DNA of 64,000 nucleotides from Eledone cirrhosa (taxonomy: Eukaryota). The notes beneath the pieces were generated by a model that had not been told where the DNA came from, did not search any database, and worked only from the letters and a program-made list of their open reading frames with translations. Each line of letters opens with the position of its first letter. The stretch's first letter is position 1. Positions 38,319 to 50,961 of the stretch are shown piece after piece. Both the position numbers and the translations under genes were made by a program. The stretch covers positions 18,724,001-18,788,000 of the forward strand of contig OZ024756.1 in the NCBI GenBank assembly GCA_964016885.1. The letters are read 5' to 3'.

Positions 38319-38852
38319 TTAATTGTAAGTTGTGATGTTGCTGTTCCACTCATATTTTCTATTTAATTTTGGTTTTAATTCTTTTATGCTTACTGCCTCT
38401 GTAATTTGCCTAAACATTGCGTCTTTCTTGTGTGTGGATTCTATTTTTATTTCTATGCTCTCTAATTTACCCCTGTGTTCTATCTTAGCATGTTGGTAGA
38501 GCACAGATGATTCTTTACTATCTTGGAGGTCTCGCCAGTGTTCATTTATTCGTTCCCCTATACTACGAGCTCTCTCACCTATGTACACTACATTTTTGTT
38601 TCTACATTGTCCTTCAGTACATCTTATGCTATATACTACATTTCTAGTTTTACAGTTAATATGGGGGCTTATTTTACAGGTTATACATTTCTTATCTATA
38701 CATGAGGGTCTTTGGAACGGGTATGCCTTGCTAATAAGTGTTTTTACGGAGGTACCAGGTCTTTCTACTATCTTAATATTGAGATTATGTTTCTTTAGGG
38801 CCCTTCTAAATTTGTAGGCTAGTTCGCCTCTAGGGGTTGTATTGATGAACAT
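38319..38852 (-). CDS. GIY-YIG endonuclease domain of a Penelope-like element (5'-truncated ORF)
   Basis: F..TP.G.L..KIVER.G..PF..C....C..C..CK..NVVY.I.C..C..YIGE..R...ER..EH..H...H..RQITEAV.I..LNRK.EW; pattern fits the Naiad clade. Confidence 0.92.
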   Translation of the reverse strand: MFINTTPRGELAYKFRRALKKHNLNIKIVERPGTSVKTLISKAYPFQRPSCIDKKCITCKISPHINCKTRNVVYSIRCTEGQCRNKNVVYIGERARSIGERINEHWRDLQDSKESSVLYQHAKIEHRGKLESIEIKIESTHKKDAMFRQITEAVSIKELKPKLNRKYEWNSNITTYN

Positions 38853-39369
38853 TACACTCTGTATTGATGAACATTACACTCTGTGCTCTACCAACATGCT
38901 AAGATAGAACACAGGGGTAAATTAGAGAGCATAGAAATAAAAATAGAATCCACACACAAGAAAGACGCAATGTTTAGGCAAATTACAGAGGCAGTAAGCA
39001 TAAAAGAATTAAAACCAAAATTAAATAGAAAATATGAGTGGAACAGCAACATCACAACTTACAATTAAGGACAAAATGAAAACACACACACACATAGAAC
39101 AAACAACTTACAATTGAAAACACACACAAAATGAAAACACACACAAGACAAAATGAAAACACACACACACATAGAACAAACAACCAACAATAAATAAATA
39201 AATAAACAAACAAATAGAAAAATATAAATAGATAAATAGAAAAATGAACACAAACACACACAGACACCCGGATGTGGCGCATGCGCAAACTGAGCACGCA
39301 ACCCACACACAAACAAAATGGCGTAGGATAGAAGAAAGGAAAGACACAGAAACGAAGAACGAAATCCCC

Positions 39370-39415
39370 AGTCACTGAAGAGGTCACAGAGTGTGTGACG
39401 AAAGAACTATGACTA
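39370..39415 (+). ncRNA. Minimal type I hammerhead ribozyme
   Basis: AGTCA-CTGAAGA-G-GTCAC-agagtgt-GTGAC-GAAA-GAAC-TA-TGACT. Confidence 0.85.
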
Positions 39416-39557
39416 TATATATATAAACAACTATCTGGTTGTGGAACCAACCAACCAACCAGAAATTTATAAATTTATAAATATTTAATAAATTAAATTG
39501 AAGTGAAAGCAACTGGTGCGTGTGTTTCTTATTGGCAACATGACCCTCCCAAAGTAT

Positions 39558-39609
<52 letters not shown>

Positions 39610-39629
39610 GCACACACACATATATATAT

Positions 39630-39683
39630 ATGAAAATATGAATGTCTGTATACATATATACACATATGTATCCACACACATAT

Positions 39684-39725
<42 letters not shown>

Positions 39726-39921
39726 ATATGAATGTCTGTATACATATATACACATATGTATCCACACACATATACACACACACATATATATATATGAAAA
39801 TATGAATGTCTGTATACATATATACACATATGTATCCACACACATATACACACACACATATATATATATGAAAATATGAATGTCTGTATACATATATACA
39901 CATATGTATCCACACACATAT

Positions 39922-39955
<34 letters not shown>

Positions 39956-40007
39956 GAAAATATGAATGTCTGTATACATATATACACATATGTATCCACA
40001 CACATAT

Positions 40008-40039
<32 letters not shown>

Positions 40040-40080
40040 GAAAATATGAATGTCTGTATACATATATACACATATGTATC

Positions 40081-40090
<10 letters not shown>
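39630..40090. repeat. Minisatellite of ~75-90 bp, 6 units, each with a variable (TA)n
   Basis: GAAAATATGAATGTCTGTATAC recurs six times. Confidence 0.92.
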
Positions 40091-40139
<49 letters not shown>

Positions 40140-40291
40140 GTCTGTGCTGTATACATTACTCATGAACTGTATAATTATAATACAATTGGAGATAAGTTGA
40201 TGTAGTTTAAAATCACAATTATCATTTAATTTGAATCACGTTCGTTCATGTCGTCTGTGCATGTATGTTTGTATATATGTATATACATACA

Positions 40292-40363
<72 letters not shown>

Positions 40364-40455
40364 CATACATATATGTATATATATACATACATATATGTAT
40401 ATATACATACATATATGTATATATATACATACATATATGTATATATATATATACA

Positions 40456-40525
<70 letters not shown>

Positions 40526-40544
40526 TATATATATATACATATAT

Positions 40545-40711
40545 AACGAAGGAAATGTGGTAAGGAACCAGGTGGACCATAACGCACCAAAGTACTCAAT
40601 ACTTAGGGTAGTAGAGTGGGTAATAGGAACGAGTAGGACCCCGACGGCTGAGCTCAAGCCGTTTCGACGGCTAATTCTGGACTGAGCTCAGCCGTCGGGG
40701 TCCTACTCGTT

Positions 40712-40715
<4 letters not shown>
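40545..40715. mobile_element. PLE family B fold-back in (TA)n
   Basis: Long antisense arm to CTGGAC, short sense arm ending GTTCCTAT. Confidence 0.85.
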
Positions 40716-40763
<48 letters not shown>

Positions 40764-40794
40764 CACACACACATATATATATATATATATACAT

Positions 40795-40833
<39 letters not shown>

Positions 40834-40877
40834 TATAAATATATATATATACACACACACATATATATTCACATATG

Positions 40878-40938
<61 letters not shown>

Positions 40939-40949
40939 CGCACACACAT

Positions 40950-40998
<49 letters not shown>

Positions 40999-41003
40999 CC
41001 CCT

Positions 41004-41039
<36 letters not shown>

Positions 41040-41067
41040 CGCACACACATATATCTATATCTATATG

Positions 41068-41101
<34 letters not shown>

Positions 41102-41111
41102 ACACACATAT

Positions 41112-41165
<54 letters not shown>

Positions 41166-41238
41166 TACACACAAACATATATATATATATATATATATAC
41201 ATACACACACATATATATATATATATACGCACACACAT

Positions 41239-41269
<31 letters not shown>

Positions 41270-41292
41270 TATATATAAATATATATATAAAC

Positions 41293-41350
<58 letters not shown>

Positions 41351-41551
41351 GAGAAAGTAATGATTCAGTTCCTGGAATTAGTAGCGGATTCTTTTGATGT
41401 CCCAAATGCAACAGCAACAACAACAACAACAACAACAACAACAAACACAACAACTACAAACACAACAACAACTACAACGCTGCAAGAATCTGAGGTTTGT
41501 TACTAGCTCCGACCGCTACACAAGACGATTAGTTTTCACCTCCTTCTACAG

Positions 41552-41584
41552 GAGAGTTACACTACTTGCCACATACCAAACTGG
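41552..41584 (+). CDS. Putative 33-bp micro-exon (possible upstream exon at 41369-41494)
   Basis: Strong acceptor TTTTCACCTCCTTCTACAG| and donor G|GTAAGA; open in all frames. Confidence 0.4.
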
Positions 41585-41639
41585 GTAAGACCTTAGCTTG
41601 GAACAAGTCATCAGTTTTCGAGTTTGTTTGTTAGGCGGT

Positions 41640-43555
41640 TATTGTTGGTAGTAGTAGTGGTGGTGGTGGTGGTGGTGGTGGTAGTGGTGATGGTGGTGTT
41701 GGTAATGGTGGTGGTGGTGGTGGTGGTGGTGGTAATGGTGATGGCGATACAGGTGGTGGTGGTGTTGTTGTTGTTGTTCCTGGTTGTGGTGTCGGTAGTG
41801 GTAGTGGTGGTGGTGGCGATGATGGTGATACAGGTGGTGGTGGTGTTGTTGTTGTTGTTCCTGGTTGTGGTGTCGGTAGTGGTAGTGGTGGTGGTGGTGG
41901 TGGTGGTGGTGGCGATGATGGTGATACAGGTGGTGGTGGTGTTGTTGTTGTTGTTCCTGGTTGTGGTGTCGGTAGTGGTAGTGGTGGTGGTGTGGTGGTG
42001 GTGGTTGTAGTGGTGGTAGTGGTGTTAGTAATGGTGATGGTGGTGATGGTGGTAATGGTGATGGTGATACAGGTGGTGGTGGTGTTGTGGTTGTTGTTCC
42101 TGGTTGTGGTGTTGGTAGTGGTAGTGGTGGTGGTGGTGGTGGTGGTAGTGGTGTTGGTAATGGTGATGGTGGTAATGGTGATGGTGATACAGGTGGTGGT
42201 GGTGTTGTTGTTGTTGTTCCTAGTTGTGGTGTCGGTAGTGGTAGTGGTGGTGGTGGTTGTAGTGGTGGTAGTGGTGTTAGTAATGGTGATGGCGGTGATG
42301 GTGGTAATGGTGGTAATGGTGATGGTGATACAGGTGGTGGTGGTGTTGTTGTTGTTCCTGGTTGTGGTGTCGGTAGTGGTAGTGGTGGTGGTGGTGGTGG
42401 TGGTGGTGGTTGTAGTGGCGGTAGTAGTGGCGATGATGGTGATACAGGTGGTGGTGTTGTTGTTCCTGGTTGTGGTGTCGGTAGTGGTAGTGGTGGTGGT
42501 AGTGGTGATGTTGGTGGTGGTGATGGTTGTGGTGTTGGTAGTGGTGGTGGTGGTGGTGGTAGTGGTGGTTGTAGTGGTGGTAGTGATGGCGATGATGGTG
42601 ATACAGGTGGTGGTGTTGTTGTTCCTGGTTGTGGTGTCGGTAGTGGTAGTGGTGGTGGTGGTGGTGGTGGTGATGGTTGTGGTGTTGGTAGTGGTGGTGG
42701 TGGTGGTGGTGGTGGTGGTGGTTGTAGTGGCGATGATGGTGATACAGGTGGTGGTGGTGTTGTTCCTGGTTGTGGTGTCGGTAGTGGTAGTGGTGGTGGT
42801 GGTGGTGGTAGTGGTGGTGGTGGTGCTAACGGTTGTTGTTGGTAGTGGTAGTGGTGGTTGTAGTGGTGGTAGTGGTGGCGATGATGGTGATACAGGTGGT
42901 GGTGGTGTTGTTCCTGGTTGTGGTGTCGGTAGTGGTAGTGGTGGTGGTGGTGGTAGTGGTGGCGGCGGTTGTTGTTGGTAGAGTTAGTATTGGTAGTGAT
43001 GGTGGTAGTATTGGTAGTGATGGTGGTGGTGGTGATAGTATTGGTAGTGGTAATGGTGGTGGTGGTAATGGTGGTGGTGGTGATACTGATGGTGTGCGTA
43101 GTGGTTGTTATTGGTGGTGATGATAGTGTTGGTGGTGGTGATGATGGTAGTGATGGTTGTGGTGATGGTGTTGATGTTGGTGGTGTTGTTCTTGGTTGTG
43201 GTGTTGGTGGTAGTGGTGTTGGTAGTGGTGGTAGTAGTGGTGGTGTTTGAAGTGGTTGTTGTGGTGGTGGTATTGGTGTTTCAGGTGGTTGTGGTGGTGA
43301 CGTTGGAGGTAGAGATGGAGGTGATAGGGCTAGTGGTGGTGATGGTAGTAGTAGGAGTGGTGGTATGTATGGTGGTAGTGGTAGTAGTAATAGTGATAGT
43401 AGCAGTAGTAGTAATAGTGGCAGTAGTAGCAATAGTAGTGGTAGTAGTAGCAGTAGTAGTAGTAGTGGTAGTAGTAGCAGTAGTAGTGGTAGTAGTAGCA
43501 GTAGTAGTGGTGGTAGCAGCAGTAGTAGTAGTAGTGGTAGCAGCAGCAGTAGTAA

Positions 43556-43603
<48 letters not shown>

Positions 43604-43618
43604 TAGCAGCAGTAGTAA

Positions 43619-43660
<42 letters not shown>

Positions 43661-43675
43661 CAGCAGCAGTAGTAA

Positions 43676-43730
<55 letters not shown>

Positions 43731-43732
43731 AA

Positions 43733-43765
<33 letters not shown>

Positions 43766-43925
43766 CAGCAGTAGTAGTGTTGGTAGTAATAGCAGTAGTA
43801 GTGGTGGTAGCAGCAGCAGTAGTGGTGGTAGCAGCAGCATCAGCAGTAGTAGTAGTAGTAGTAGTAGTGGTAGTAGTAGCAGTAGTAGTGGTGGTAGCAG
43901 CAACAGAAGCAGCAGTAATAGCAGC

Positions 43926-43966
<41 letters not shown>

Positions 43967-44060
43967 CAGTAGTAGTAGTAGTAGTAGTAGTAGCAGTAGT
44001 AGTAATAGTGGTAGTAGTAGCAGTAGTAGTGGTGGTAGCAGCAGCAGCAGCAGTAGTAGC

Positions 44061-44098
<38 letters not shown>

Positions 44099-44105
44099 CG
44101 GTGGT
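41640..44105. repeat. GGT-based minisatellite (GGTGATACAGGT..CCTGGTTGTGGTGTCGGT) grading into (AGT/AGC)n
   Basis: Direct inspection. Confidence 0.95.
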
Positions 44106-44367
44106 GAAGGTTGTAGAACTTTTTTGGGCAGTTTGTTGTTTTATCTATCAGTTGAATGGTTGTTAGAAGAGAAATAGTTTATATAACACCAACATATGTT
44201 TTAATTACACGACTAAGCAACTCTTATTGCTGATTAGAATCTTCTTCAGCCTCTTCCTCTTCCTCCATTTCTTCCTCTTCCTCCTCTTTATCCTCCTCTT
44301 CATCCCCACCTCCTCTCCAAGCTTCCCTACTAATTTTTTTCCTGTTTCTTCTTCATCTTATTATTAT

Positions 44368-44948
44368 GTGGATTGGCAGAATCGGTAGAGGGTCGGACGC
44401 CATGCTTTCCAGCATTGTTACGTCCCTTTACGATCTGAGTTCAAATCCCGCCGAGGTAACTTTGCCTTTCATCCTTACGGGGTCGATAAAATAAAGTACC
44501 AGTAATGCACTGGGTAATTGCTGGCCTTGTGCCTAAAGTAGAAACAATTATTATGTGGATTGGCAGAATCGGTAGAGGGTCAGACGCCATGCTTTGCAGC
44601 ATAGAGTTACAGCCCTTAATGGTCTGAGTTCAAATTCCGCCGAGGTTGACTTTGCCTTTCATCCTTACGGGGTCGATAAAATAAAGTACCAGTAATGTAC
44701 TGGGTAATTGCTGGCCTTGTGCCTAAAGTAGAAACAATTATTATTATTAAGGGCGGTAGATTGGCAGTATCGCTAGAGGGTCGGACGCTATGCTTTGAGG
44801 CATATAGTTACGGACCTTGGCATTCTAAGTTCAAGTCCCGCCGAGGTTAACTTTGCCTTTTATCCTTACGGGGGTCGATAACATAAAGTACCAGTAATAC
44901 ACTGAGATAATTTCTGGCTTTGTGCCAAAAGTAGAAACAATTATTATT
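44368..44948 (+). mobile_element. Three head-to-tail Meta-domain SINEs
   Basis: Copies at 44368-44553, 44555-44748 and 44751-44948, each following an (ATT)n. Confidence 0.93.
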
Positions 44949-45026
44949 AATATCAAGGACGGTTGTTTGGCAGTAATCAAACACGTCACATTCAGACACA
45001 TACATGTGTGTGTATATATATATATG

Positions 45027-45076
<50 letters not shown>

Positions 45077-45080
<4 letters not shown>

Positions 45081-45154
45081 GGCGTCCCCCAAAAATGTAT
45101 ACACACTTTGATTAGAATGCTGTTATTGTGTGTATATATTTTTGGGACACCCTG

Positions 45155-45155
<1 letters not shown>
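45077..45155. mobile_element. Tc1-type mini-MITE (~78 bp) in (TA)n
   Basis: CAGGGCGTCCCCCAAAAATGTATACACA / TGTGTATATATTTTTGGGACACCCTG. Confidence 0.75.
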
Positions 45156-45210
<55 letters not shown>

Positions 45211-45213
<3 letters not shown>

Positions 45214-45433
45214 GCTGGCAGTATAGGTAGAGGGTCAGACGCCATGCTTTTCAGCATAGAGTTACGGCCCTTTACGTTTTGAGTTCAAATCCCACCGAGG
45301 TTAACTTTACCTTTCATACTTACGAAGTCGATAAAATAAAGTACCAGTAATGCACTGATGTTGATTTAATCGACTTTCCCCTTCTTTCACTCAAAGTTGT
45401 TGGCCTTGTGCCTAAATCAGAAAGGATTATTAT
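45211..45433 (+). mobile_element. Meta-domain SINE, long variant
   Basis: Tail AGAAAGGATTATTATT. Confidence 0.88.
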
Positions 45434-45669
45434 TCTGTATTCTTTTTTTCTTTTCCTTCGCACAGTAGATGGCAGAATTGGTAGAGCGCCTGACAAATTA
45501 GACTGTGGTATTTGGTTGATTAATTCACTTCCATCTACATTCTGAGCTCAAATCCAAGCGGAATTGATCCATCGTGATGTCAGTGAGCCATAGACTTAAA
45601 GAGCTGTACGCCTGATCATTGAAGCGTGTTAAACAGTTGAATGGATAGATTGTATTATTATAAAGCGTT

Positions 45670-45952
45670 GTGAATGGGCCCACTCTGAGTACGTATCTGT
45701 AAATTAAAGGTGGAAAACTGGGAGAGGGCACTTGCCTTGGTGGTCAGGGTCTCTGTGGCCTTTTACTGGGCTTTCTCCACAAATGTCCCTCCGAAGTCTC
45801 CCCCCTATTGGGGAATTTTTCATTGTTATTTTTTGTTACATCCTCTGTTTTTGTTCTTCACACGCAGAAATGCCCATTTGTACCGTCATTAATTGTCCTG
45901 CACTGTCCTTAATGTCTACTTTATGTAAACCCTTGTGGTTAATAAAGAAATC
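45670..45952 (+). mobile_element. Tx1-like LINE 3' fragment, ATT-tailed sister family, 16-bp TSD
   Basis: Starts VNGPTLSTYL* (cf. VNGPSLYISL*); ends CCCTTGTGGTTAATAAAGAAATC; TSD ATTATTATAAAGCGTT at 45654 and 45953. Confidence 0.8.
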
Positions 45953-46159
45953 ATTATTATAAAGCGTTACACCTTCCTATTTATTTCTCGTAAAACTGTC
46001 ACATTCATGTGTAGTAACAGGATATAAACCCTATAACAGGATGTCTGAGAATGTCATTAACCTGTCTCAATGTGTCATTCCGTGACTATGTGAGAAAACT
46101 ATAACAGCTCTTCATTAATATTCGCTCAACTCAGAATTATTATTATACAGAGTCCAAAG

Positions 46160-46545
46160 CTGGATAGACTGGTAGTATCGGTAGAGCGTCGGACAACATA
46201 CTTTGCAGCAGAGAGTTACCTCCCTTTACAAATTCCGCCGAGGTTAGCTTTGCCTTTCATCCTTACGGAGTCGATAAATAAAGCACCAGTAATATACTGG
46301 AGCCAATATAATCGACTTTCCGCTCCCCCTAAATCAAAAATCCTTATTATGCCAAGTTCAAGGCTGGATAGATTGGCAGTATTGTTATAGTGTCGGACGA
46401 ACACTTTGTTCTGAGTTCAAATCCCACCAAGGTCAATGTTGTCTTTTATCCATCTGAGATCGATAAAATTAAGTACCAGTGAGGCACCGGGGTTGATGTG
46501 ATTAACTCTCTCTTAAATTGTCGGCCTTGTGCCTAGATTAAAACT
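46160..46545 (+). mobile_element. Two diverged Meta-domain SINEs
   Basis: Heads at ~46160 and ~46365. Confidence 0.8.
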
Positions 46546-46998
46546 TATAATGCCGAGTCCCTCGTGAAGATTACTCTGCTACAAAGGATGGCATAGAATG
46601 TTCTTCTCTCACTTTGCATAGAATCGATGGTGGCCAAGTTTGAAAGGACTGAAGACAGAGATTTTCCTCTCCGATCACGGGGAGAATAAGGGGCTACATT
46701 ATTGGTGACATTTTCTTTGTAATTGCTTTGAATTAGCTAAGCTAAACTAGAAATAAGTATTTTTTTATTGACCACACGAGCTAAATACATTGTGTGAAGT
46801 ATAAAAATAGTTTCTAATTGAGGCACAAAACCAGCAGTTTAAACTGACTTCTGCTGTAGCGGGCGTCTCTGGCCATTCTCTGCGTCAATGCCTCAGCCAT
46901 TTTTTTCGTGGGGTGCAACTGAAACACCTCTCAGACTGGGGTGTAGTTCATGTCACTCTACCCTCTCTCCTTTTCTTTAGTTGTTTGATTCTTTAAAA

Positions 46999-47052
46999 TA
47001 GAGGTTCTCAACGCCCACTGGAGGGTGGTAGTGTCCACTTTGAGAACCCCTG
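46999..47052. mobile_element. 54-bp hAT mini-MITE with 8-bp TSD CTTTAAAA
   Basis: TAGAGGTTCTCAA ... TTGAGAACCCCTG; TSD on both sides. Confidence 0.8.
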
Positions 47053-47065
47053 CTTTAAAATAAAA

Positions 47066-47253
47066 TAATTGTTTCTACTTTTTGGCACAAGGCCAGCAAT
47101 TATCCCAGCGTATTACTGGTACTTTATTTTATCTACCCCGTAAGGATGAAAGGCAAAGTTAACCTCGGCGGGATTTGAACTCAGTCCGTAAAGGGACGTA
47201 ACTGTGCTGCAAAGCATGGCGTCCGACCCTCTACCGATACTGCCAATCCACCG
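47066..47253 (-). mobile_element. Meta-domain SINE, TSD CTTTAAAATAAAATA
   Basis: Full length. Confidence 0.93.
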
Positions 47254-47684
47254 CTTTAAAATAAAATAGTACATCATCCCCAGTAATTGCCTGGTACTAT
47301 ATTTTATTTTGTCGACGGATGAAAGCCAAAGTTAACTTCGGTGCAAGTTTGAACACTGAAGTTAAAAACCCGTAACTAAACATCACGAAGTATTTCGTTC
47401 GGTGCTCTACCAACTCTACCCCCCACAGGACAACTCTACCAATCCACCACCCCACAGGACAACTCTACCAGTCCACCACCCCACAGGGCAGGACTAATAC
47501 GAGAATCAAAACCGAGTTAGTTTACATGAAAACGAATAAGAAAAGGTAACATAACCTCTTGTTACTTTTATTTTTACTCGTTTCCTTGTAAACCAGCTCA
47601 CGGTTTACTAAACCATTTTCGTATTCTTGTACTGCCCTCAACGTCTTTGGCCCGCTGTGGCCAATCAACAAAATGTTGTTGTTG

Positions 47685-47725
<41 letters not shown>

Positions 47726-48378
47726 GGGTAAGTTGTGAAGAATCAGCACGGCAGCCATTGTTGTGTCTGCTTATTTATTTAGAGCTGTGAATAGATGAGG
47801 AAGTAAGAGAGGAGGCGAAGGGGGGGGGGGGAGACGAAGAGGATGAGAAACATGATAGAGGATTAAATGTTAGTTCATTTTGATGGTGGTGGTGGTGGTG
47901 GTGGTGGGATGGGGGATGATCATAACGGGGATAATGATGATGGTGGCGTAGAAAGAAGAAGAAGAAGAAGAAGAAGAAGAAGAAGAAGAAGAAGAAGAAG
48001 AAGAAGAAGAAGAAGGAGTAGGAAGAGGAAAATAAGAAAAATGAGGAGGAGGAGGAGGAGGAGGAGGCGGGGGGAAGATGAAAAGAAGAAGAATAAAATG
48101 ATGATGAATATGATGATGATAATGATGACGACGACTACGATGAAGGAGAAGACGAGGAAGGAGAAGACAAAAGAATAGAAGGAAAAGGTAGATGCCACCA
48201 CCTCCCCCTGCACCTCCCCCTCCCCAATCTTCTGGCAACATATCCATATTCTGGTATGAAGACTATCAACATTAGTAAGATTCACCACTTCACCGCTTCA
48301 TACTTTTGGAATTAAACCATGAAAAGAGAGAAAAATGTTAACTAGTTATTTACATACACTTTGCTTTTCAACTACTGC

Positions 48379-48424
<46 letters not shown>

Positions 48425-48474
48425 ATATATATATACACATATTTATATATACACACACACACATATATATATAT

Positions 48475-48505
<31 letters not shown>

Positions 48506-48590
48506 CACACACATATATATATATATATACACACACACATATATATATATACACACACATATATATATATATATACACACACATATTTAT

Positions 48591-48635
<45 letters not shown>

Positions 48636-48774
48636 TATATATACACGCACACACATATATATATATACACACACACACACATATATATATATATACACAC
48701 ACATATATATATACACACACACATATATATATATACACACACACACATATATATACACACACACACATATTTAT

Positions 48775-48819
<45 letters not shown>

Positions 48820-48846
48820 TATATATACACGCACACATATATATAT

Positions 48847-48933
<87 letters not shown>

Positions 48934-48988
48934 TATATATATATACACACACATATATATATATATACACACACACATATATATATAT

Positions 48989-49021
<33 letters not shown>

Positions 49022-49068
49022 CATATATATATACATATATACATACACACATATATATATATATATAT

Positions 49069-49099
<31 letters not shown>

Positions 49100-49276
49100 T
49101 ACATATATACACATAGAAATATAGATACATATATACATATAGACATATAGATACATATAGTTACATGCTTGCACACACACATACATACTCGTGTACATAT
49201 TTTTGGGATTCGCCATCTTGTTCTAAAAATATAACTTATATGTATTGTGTTTTTGACCCGCCTCTCTCTCTCTTTA

Positions 49277-49384
<108 letters not shown>

Positions 49385-49517
49385 TGTTCAACTACCTAGT
49401 TTTATAAATATATTTCAAATGCCACTTTTCTACATACACACACACGTGTGTGTATGTATATGTGTATATATATATATGTATACTCTATCTTCCTATCTAT
49501 TTCTATATATAGGTAGA

Positions 49518-49556
<39 letters not shown>

Positions 49557-49588
49557 TGTGTGTATGTGTGTGTATATGTGTGTATGCG

Positions 49589-49619
<31 letters not shown>

Positions 49620-50110
49620 GCACACACGTGTGTGTGTGTATGAAGGAAATCAGGTAACACACCACAGAGTCTATAGATTACATATAAGAACTCATTTCCT
49701 GGTCTTACTCAAAACTAATATTATGAGTTTAACCCCTAGAGAAAACAAACAGAACGTAAACACGTTTGACTTAATTAGGACTGCTTCACATTCGGTGCAG
49801 TCCCAACTACACATAATACACGGTACACATTTAACTATTATCTACAAGGAGAATTATGTAACACATCACAAATCATAATGAATATATTTCTATGTGTATT
49901 ATATATCGTATTTTATAATCAATCGGTCGATAGACTCTATCAACAACTTCCCAGACCTCATTCGCTCACCGAGTTGGTTGAGTGGAACTCATTAAATCTG
50001 ACCAAAGAAACACACTTTCCATTTGTCATTCCATTGCTGATACCATCTATTGGACGCAACACCTGGCATATATATATATATATATATAAGGGAACGGATA
50101 TATATATATA

Positions 50111-50301
50111 TAGGAACGAGTAGGACCCCAACGGCTGAGCTCAAGCCGTTTCGACGGCTAATTCTGTCCAGAATTAGCCGTCGAAACGGCTTGAGCTCAG
50201 CCGTTGGGGTCCTACTCGTTCCTATTACCCACTCTACTACCCTAAGTATTGAGTACTTTGGTGTGTTATGGTCCACCTGGTTCCTTACCACATTTCCTTC
50301 G

Positions 50302-50303
<2 letters not shown>
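50111..50303. mobile_element. PLE family B fold-back in (TA)n
   Basis: Perfect ~56-bp arms centred on CTAATTCTG-TC-CAGAATTAG; AAGGGAACGGA duplicated on both flanks. Confidence 0.88.
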
Positions 50304-50367
<64 letters not shown>

Positions 50368-50373
50368 GAACGG

Positions 50374-50411
<38 letters not shown>

Positions 50412-50583
50412 TAAGTATTTCCGTAGAAAAGGTAAAGGAAAGAAGAGTGCTCCATGTATAGTACAGAGCTATTTAAAAACTATTTCATCTGATGAGCCAA
50501 CTGGACGTTTCTGTTAGGATCGTTTAGTTTCCTGAAAACTTTGGTAATGGAATAATTATATTGTGTTGTTTATTATGTAATTA

Positions 50584-50653
<70 letters not shown>

Positions 50654-50657
<4 letters not shown>

Positions 50658-50924
50658 AGGTATATTTTCATACATTTTTACATCTGTATATCTGTTTGAC
50701 CCGAAATAGGAGATCGAATCTTCGCTGTGTGGATGATTAGTTTAACCACCATCTCAGTGTGTTTGGCCTTGAACGTAAGTTGTAAGCTCTAATTCATTTG
50801 AATTATTGAGCGCTTGCCTCACAATTCGAAAGTGTTTATCTCGTTATTTCATGGGCTGAAATTCGATTCTCGCTAATACACCTTCCTGAACATGCAACCC
50901 CGTTCTTCCCCCAACCCTCACTTT

Positions 50925-50961
<37 letters not shown>

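Larger units (their letters stand above)
37761..39565. mobile_element. PLE family A (Naiad-like) head-to-head inverted insertion in (TA)n; ~680-bp near-identical arms
   Basis: Left arm minus strand 38880->37761, right arm plus strand 38881->39565; hammerheads at 37969-38013 (-) and 39370-39415 (+). Confidence 0.93.

Noticed and set aside
39500-39565. SECIS element in the Naiad-like 3' UTR (some Naiads encode selenoproteins)
   Set aside because: ATGA to AAA spacing is only 7 nt, there is no convincing helix, and the visible ORF has no in-frame TGA.
39384-41453. Numerous YI/HT/CV-repeat ORFs (also 29290-30377, 48335-49216, 54816-55444, 59141-60488, 62696-63256)
   Set aside because: Stop-free translations of (TA)n, (CA)n and (TGTA)n microsatellites.
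41624-44177. 754-aa Pro/Leu ORF and overlapping Val-, Gly- and Ser-rich ORFs
   Set aside because: Triplet-repeat DNA open in several frames on both strands; no unique domain; it follows a candidate splice donor.
50487-50515. CTGATGA hammerhead candidate
   Set aside because: No downstream GAAA on the same strand.
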